This document shows, in pieces, positions 7,718-11,860 of a stretch of 11,860 nt of DNA. Where the stretch lies: assembly GCA_043767805.1 (NCBI GenBank), contig JAYUGC010000109.1, positions 1-11,860 on the forward strand. The letters are read 5' to 3'. A program made the position numbers and the translations under genes. The notes below the pieces were generated by a model, which saw only the letters and a program-made list of their open reading frames with translations, did no database searches and was not told the origin of the DNA. Position 1 is the stretch's first letter, and each line of letters begins with the position of its first letter. Source of the DNA: Pseudomonadota bacterium. GTDB lineage: Bacteria > Bdellovibrionota > FAC87 > UBA2466.

Positions 7718-9835
7718 ATGACGACGAATCGACGCATCCACTTACCGACGTTACCTTCGCTCCTTAGCGGGCCGAACGAGCCTTTCATCCAGCGGGACTT
7801 AAGCTGGCTGCAGTTCAACGAAAGGGTGCTACTCAATACGCGCGCCTCGAGCGGGCATCCTCTCATCGAGCGCCTAAAGTTCATCGCCATCTCCGCGACC
7901 AATCTCGACGAGCTTTTCATGATCCGATTCGCTTCCCTGAACCGCGTGGTCAATCGGGTCGTCGGTAAGCCCGCCAACAAGTCCATTGCCCGGAAAATGG
8001 AGATTCATTCGACGCTTCTCGAGAACATCGCGGAGTTCGGCGCGAAACAAGCCGAAGCGCTCGACGCCGTCGTGCCGGACCTCGAGTCCTACGGTGTGCA
8101 CATCGTGCGCAAGGTGGAGGAATCGCCCAACTACCGAGATGCGGCCGAAAAGGTCTTCAAGGAACAGGTTTTTCCTCTGCTTCCGCCCCCGCAGAAGTTT
8201 CGTTTCAGCTTCTTGAGCGAGCTGGAAAACCTCCAAGTGGGTATCTACTTTCCCTCCGGTTATTGGTTTGCCGTGCCGAAGACGTTTCCGGCGATGCTTT
8301 CCATGCGCCTGGGCGAAAAGGACATCGCCTTTTTCTTTTTAGACGATCTCCTCTTACGCTTCGCTCCCGAAGCGTTCCATCTCGATACGGAGTGCAGCGC
8401 CGTCCGCATGACGCGTGATTCGGATTTTGTCGTTGACGCGGCAGAGGCCGAGGATCCGGTCTCCATTCCGGAGAGTATCCTTTCGGGCGTCAAGTCGAGG
8501 GACAACGGCCCTCCCGTGCGGCTTCAATACCGAGGGAACTTCACGGAAAACTTTCATATCCGGGCCATGCGCACCTTGAAGCTGCGCTCTCAGCAGCTCC
8601 TTCCCTCGGCGGGAAGCCTTCTACTCAATGGGCTTTGGAAGGTCGTCAAGGAGTTGCCTCCCGAGATCGGCGAGCGCTCCGAGCTCAACTACGCGCCCAT
8701 CGTGAGCCGCGTGCCTAAGCCGCTACGCGAAGGCAAGAATCCCTTCGATCTTTTGAAACAGCACGATTATCTGCTCCATCATCCCTACGATTCCTTCGAG
8801 ACTTTCGCCGAGTGGATGGCCGCGGCCTGCGCGGACCGCGACGTGGTCTGCATCGAGCAAACCATTTACCGGACGGACGCGGGCTCCCGCACCATCGAGT
8901 TACTAAAGGCGGCGGCCAAGGAAAAGCGGGTAAGGGTGCTCATCGAGTTGCGCGCCCGCTTCGACGAGCTCAATAATTTAAGTCTCGCCGACGAGCTCAA
9001 ACGCGCGGGCGTGGAAGTCGGCTTCGGCCTAAATGATTTAAAGCTCCACGCCAAAATGACTCTTCTGACCCGGAAAGAGAACGACGCCGAGGTGCTCTAC
9101 ACTCATTTATCGACGGGCAACTACAACGCGACCACCGCCCGTGCTTATACCGACCTGGCCATTCTCACTTCCAACGCCGACATCGGCCGGGATGCGCGCC
9201 ATTTCTTCGATAGCCTTTATCGCCGTGAGACGCCGAAGAAATTCCATGTCCTGGTCACCGCTCCCTCCGCCATGCATCGCCGCCTTCTCGACCATATTTT
9301 GGAAGAGACCCAAGCGGTGAAAGCCGGGCAAAAGGGGCGCATCGTCGCCAAGGTGAATGCGCTCGTCGATCCCACGGTGGTTTCGGCGCTCTACGAGGCG
9401 TCGCAGGTGGGCGTGAAGGTCGACCTCATCGTGCGCGGAGCCTGTTCCCTCATTCCGGGCATCGCGGGCTTGAGCAAGAACATCCGGGTTATCAGCGTGG
9501 TCGATCGTTTTCTCGAGCATAGCCGCATCTACTATTTCGAAAATCAAAAGCGCATGTACCTTTCCAGCGCCGACTGGATGCCCCGGAACTTTTTCTCCCG
9601 TCTGGAAATCGCGTACCCGGTGCTCGATCCCCGCATCTTTTCCTTTCTGAAAGATACTCTGTTGCCGACTTATCTCGCCGACAACACGCGGGCAATGGAG
9701 CTCACGCCTCAAGGCACGTGGAAGAAGCGGGTGCGCACCTACGGTTCCGAGCCGCTGCGCGCGCAAGCGAAGTTCGAGGCGCTCGCGATGTGCGACTACG
9801 AGAAGACCGCGCTCACCGAAGGAATGGAGCCCTAG
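7718..9835 (+). CDS. ppk1: Polyphosphate kinase 1
   Basis: RDLSWLQFNERVL, PLIERLKF, NLDELFMIR, LLHHPYDSF, ELRARFDE, KLHAK (autophosphorylated His), TGNYN, RFLEHSRIY and SSADWMPRN. 705 aa. Confidence 0.97.
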   Translation: MTTNRRIHLPTLPSLLSGPNEPFIQRDLSWLQFNERVLLNTRASSGHPLIERLKFIAISATNLDELFMIRFASLNRVVNRVVGKPANKSIARKMEIHSTLLENIAEFGAKQAEALDAVVPDLESYGVHIVRKVEESPNYRDAAEKVFKEQVFPLLPPPQKFRFSFLSELENLQVGIYFPSGYWFAVPKTFPAMLSMRLGEKDIAFFFLDDLLLRFAPEAFHLDTECSAVRMTRDSDFVVDAAEAEDPVSIPESILSGVKSRDNGPPVRLQYRGNFTENFHIRAMRTLKLRSQQLLPSAGSLLLNGLWKVVKELPPEIGERSELNYAPIVSRVPKPLREGKNPFDLLKQHDYLLHHPYDSFETFAEWMAAACADRDVVCIEQTIYRTDAGSRTIELLKAAAKEKRVRVLIELRARFDELNNLSLADELKRAGVEVGFGLNDLKLHAKMTLLTRKENDAEVLYTHLSTGNYNATTARAYTDLAILTSNADIGRDARHFFDSLYRRETPKKFHVLVTAPSAMHRRLLDHILEETQAVKAGQKGRIVAKVNALVDPTVVSALYEASQVGVKVDLIVRGACSLIPGIAGLSKNIRVISVVDRFLEHSRIYYFENQKRMYLSSADWMPRNFFSRLEIAYPVLDPRIFSFLKDTLLPTYLADNTRAMELTPQGTWKKRVRTYGSEPLRAQAKFEALAMCDYEKTALTEGMEP

Positions 9836-10431
9836 ACCTTCTCGAAGCCCAGGAGGCGAAGGTCGGGAATTACGGACGTGCGGTAGCGGTAGAAGTAGCG
9901 CAGGAAAACGCCGAGCTGCAAGACGGCCAGCATGCCGTAGCCCGCGAAATGAAAAACGGCGCTGTACTGAAAATTGCGCGGAAAGTGCCGGCGCAGGAGC
10001 ATGTCGGCGAACAAGATCCCAATCCACAGGAACTGGAGAGCCGTGTTCCATTTTCCGACGGAAAGCGGCTTTAAAGTCATTCGCGCTCCCGAGCGAGAAA
10101 AATGCACGAGCACAAAGCCTAAGGATTGAAGCAGGAGGATCGCGAGTAGCAGGCCCAGAAACCACGGAGGACAAACGCCGGCCGTCATGAGAAAGGTGAA
10201 AAAGGCCAGGACCAGGAGTTTGTCGCAGACCGGATCGAGAAGGGCGCCGAGCTCGGATTCCAAGCCATAGCGCCGGGCCACATACCCGTCTAGAAAATCG
10301 GAGAGGCCAGCTATGAGCAGAAGCGCGATGCCCCATTGATAATGCTGGGTCATCTGGCAGTAGACGATGATTGGGCAAAGCGCTAGCCGAGACAGCGTCA
10401 ATGCGTTGGGGACCATCGGCTTGAGCTTCAT
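9832..10431 (-). CDS. pgsA: CDP-alcohol phosphatidyltransferase family protein (PgsA-like, or CMP-forming cardiolipin synthase)
   Basis: PNALTLSRL plus the signature DFLDGYVARRYGLESELGALLDPVCDK and GKWNT. About 6 TM segments, with AAGGA SD upstream. Substrate specificity cannot be resolved from sequence alone. Confidence 0.8.
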   Translation of the reverse strand: MKLKPMVPNALTLSRLALCPIIVYCQMTQHYQWGIALLLIAGLSDFLDGYVARRYGLESELGALLDPVCDKLLVLAFFTFLMTAGVCPPWFLGLLLAILLLQSLGFVLVHFSRSGARMTLKPLSVGKWNTALQFLWIGILFADMLLRRHFPRNFQYSAVFHFAGYGMLAVLQLGVFLRYFYRYRTSVIPDLRLLGFEKV

Positions 10432-10438
10432 GTTCCTT

Positions 10439-11380
10439 CTAATTCTTCGAGGACGAGATGATTTCCACCCGGTCTCTTTCGCGGAAGCCCGCGCCCGAAT
10501 GAACGACGGCCACCGCGCCGTCGTTACCGAAGTAATCGACGATTTTCAAAATGCCTTTGAAGGGGCCGGGGGCGATGCCGAGAAAGGTGTTGCTGATTTC
10601 GTCTTTCACGGGAGTTCCCTCACCGTACACTTTCAAGAGCTGCCCGACTCGAATTCCGCTTAATTCTCCAGCGTTTATATAATATCGGTGCAGATCGATC
10701 TTGGCAACGCGTCCAATCCACTCGACCCGCTTCAAATACGGCGGAAGCTCGGCGGCGAGCTTCTCGGAGGCCTTTTGCACGGCGCCTTTGACGCGATCCG
10801 GATCGGAGGCGGTGGGGCTTCGGGAACCAAAGATCGTGGTGAGCTCTTCCGTGACGTCCGCGGAATCGGTGCGGTTGAAAATTTCCAGCTCGCTTCTCGT
10901 GTCGAATAGCTGCATGCGCATCGTGGCGCGCACGTTGTACTGCCGGCTGCGAAAGAGCCCGACGTCGTCTCCGCCTTCGCCGACGGCGATGTCTTCGACG
11001 ACGCCGCCGAGCACGCCGGCGATGCCGTGATTTCTCGCGACCCGAAACACCTTGGCGAGATCGTACTCCGAGCTCTCCGGATTATGCGGGAGCGATTGGC
11101 CGAACTCGGACTCGGGGACGAGCACGATTTGGGGATTTTGCGCGATCGCTCTTTTTAAAACGTCCCAGACCACCGGTTCGAGCGCTTCGCCCTGAAAGGC
11201 GGTGCGGTTCAAAAAGCCCAAAACGAGAATGCGCCGCTTGGGCTGGTTGTTCCCGGCCTTCTCCTCTTTAGGCTCCTTGGCCTCTTCGTCCGCGCGGGAC
11301 GTCTTTTGGTTCTCATGAGGAAATAGGGCGCTGCAGCCAGAAAGGGCGAACCCAAGTATCAAAGCGAGGAGGGTCTTCAC
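10439..11380 (-). CDS. Lipoprotein with CsgG/FlgT-middle-like alpha/beta domain and FlgT-C-like beta domain
   Basis: GTG at 11380 has a GGAG SD 7 nt upstream and gives a clean signal peptide, KTLLALILGF-ALSG-C (lipobox). RRILVLGFLNRT begins a CsgG/TolB-N-like domain. GRVAKIDLHRYYINAGELSGIRVGQLLKVY resembles the FlgT C-terminal domain. The ORF track extends the start to 11413. Confidence 0.72.
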   Translation of the reverse strand: MKTLLALILGFALSGCSALFPHENQKTSRADEEAKEPKEEKAGNNQPKRRILVLGFLNRTAFQGEALEPVVWDVLKRAIAQNPQIVLVPESEFGQSLPHNPESSEYDLAKVFRVARNHGIAGVLGGVVEDIAVGEGGDDVGLFRSRQYNVRATMRMQLFDTRSELEIFNRTDSADVTEELTTIFGSRSPTASDPDRVKGAVQKASEKLAAELPPYLKRVEWIGRVAKIDLHRYYINAGELSGIRVGQLLKVYGEGTPVKDEISNTFLGIAPGPFKGILKIVDYFGNDGAVAVVHSGAGFRERDRVEIISSSKN

Positions 11381-11551
11381 GGGTTTTCTCCGGGGATAAC
11401 GACAGTATCGCATGGCTCGGGCTTGGGGCGAGGACGCGGCGTCCCGAGATGTCGAAGTTTCAGGCAGTACAACGGTAGGGCACTTAGCCTCGAACTCAGT
11501 CCGAAAACGCCGCCCAATCCTTAGCCACCCCGGCTAAGTGGGCCTCCCTAA

Positions 11552-11860
11552 AGAAAAACTAGGTACGCGCGCGGCCTGCTATTCGAACTTTTGTCGCTGC
11601 TAACAATCCACCACGGGTTGGAGCCCGCGAAGGCCTTTCCGGAGGGCGACGGCCAGCTTCTCGAAGCGGAGGCCGCGCTGCATTTACATATGGCGATGAT
11701 GTGGCGCAGGCCGAGGCGGCCGTTCGTCAGATGGAAAGGCTCCATCCGAAGTCGGGCACGGGGGACAGGGAAGGCGCGAAGACTTATCTCCCTCAAGCCA
11801 TCCAGCAGCGCCCTCGACTATTAAAAGCCCCGCTAAAAGGTGTGTGGATACTTTTAGCCA
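11552..11860 (+). pseudogene. Probable degraded, frameshifted TPR-repeat gene fragment (or 5' part of an ORF running off the window)
   Basis: One frame reads RYARGLLFELL...GQLLEAEAALHLH. The adjacent frame, open from 11563 to the window end, reads YGDDVAQAEAAVRQMERLHP...GDREGAKTYLPQAIQQRP. Both resemble TPR helices. No convincing start with an SD. Confidence 0.3.

Noticed and set aside
9107..10378. 423-aa minus-strand ORF spanning the phosphatidyltransferase and antisense to ppk1
   Set aside because: Out of frame within one real gene and antisense to another, R/P-rich, and without motifs. Treated as a shadow ORF.
11548..11796. 82-aa minus-strand ORF
   Set aside because: Non-protein-like composition. 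The opposite strand gives the more protein-like (TPR-like) reading.
11414..11860. tRNA, tmRNA, 6S, SRP, RNase P RNA or a known riboswitch in the terminal region
   Set aside because: No cloverleaf or T-loop context, and no conserved signature of these RNA families recognised on either strand.

Overview
GC-rich bacterial chromosomal window (roughly 60% GC by eye). The gene set suggests a Gram-negative organism of the Bdellovibrionota/'Deltaproteobacteria' type, which is inference only. Gene order: small hypothetical (+), kdsB-pyrG (+, translationally coupled), a GT-C-like polytopic membrane protein (+), a membrane-anchored DsbA-family oxidoreductase (-), lipB (-), an AT-rich divergent promoter region, a Shewanella-like (Shelph) metallophosphoesterase with altered catalytic motifs coupled to ppk1 (+), a CDP-alcohol phosphatidyltransferase (-), a CsgG/FlgT-like lipoprotein (-), and a ~450 nt end region with competing hairpins and a probable frameshifted TPR remnant. 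I found no rRNA, tRNA, CRISPR array or transposase. The best candidate for an undescribed system is the Shelph-type phosphoesterase/ppk1 pair, with the phosphoesterase as neighbour where ppx is often found and a possible PHO-box-like repeat upstream: a putative polyphosphate synthesis/turnover module. Also notable are the repeat and palindrome cluster between pyrG and the GT-C gene (where kdsA would be expected) and a near-consensus CRP-type site at 76-91.
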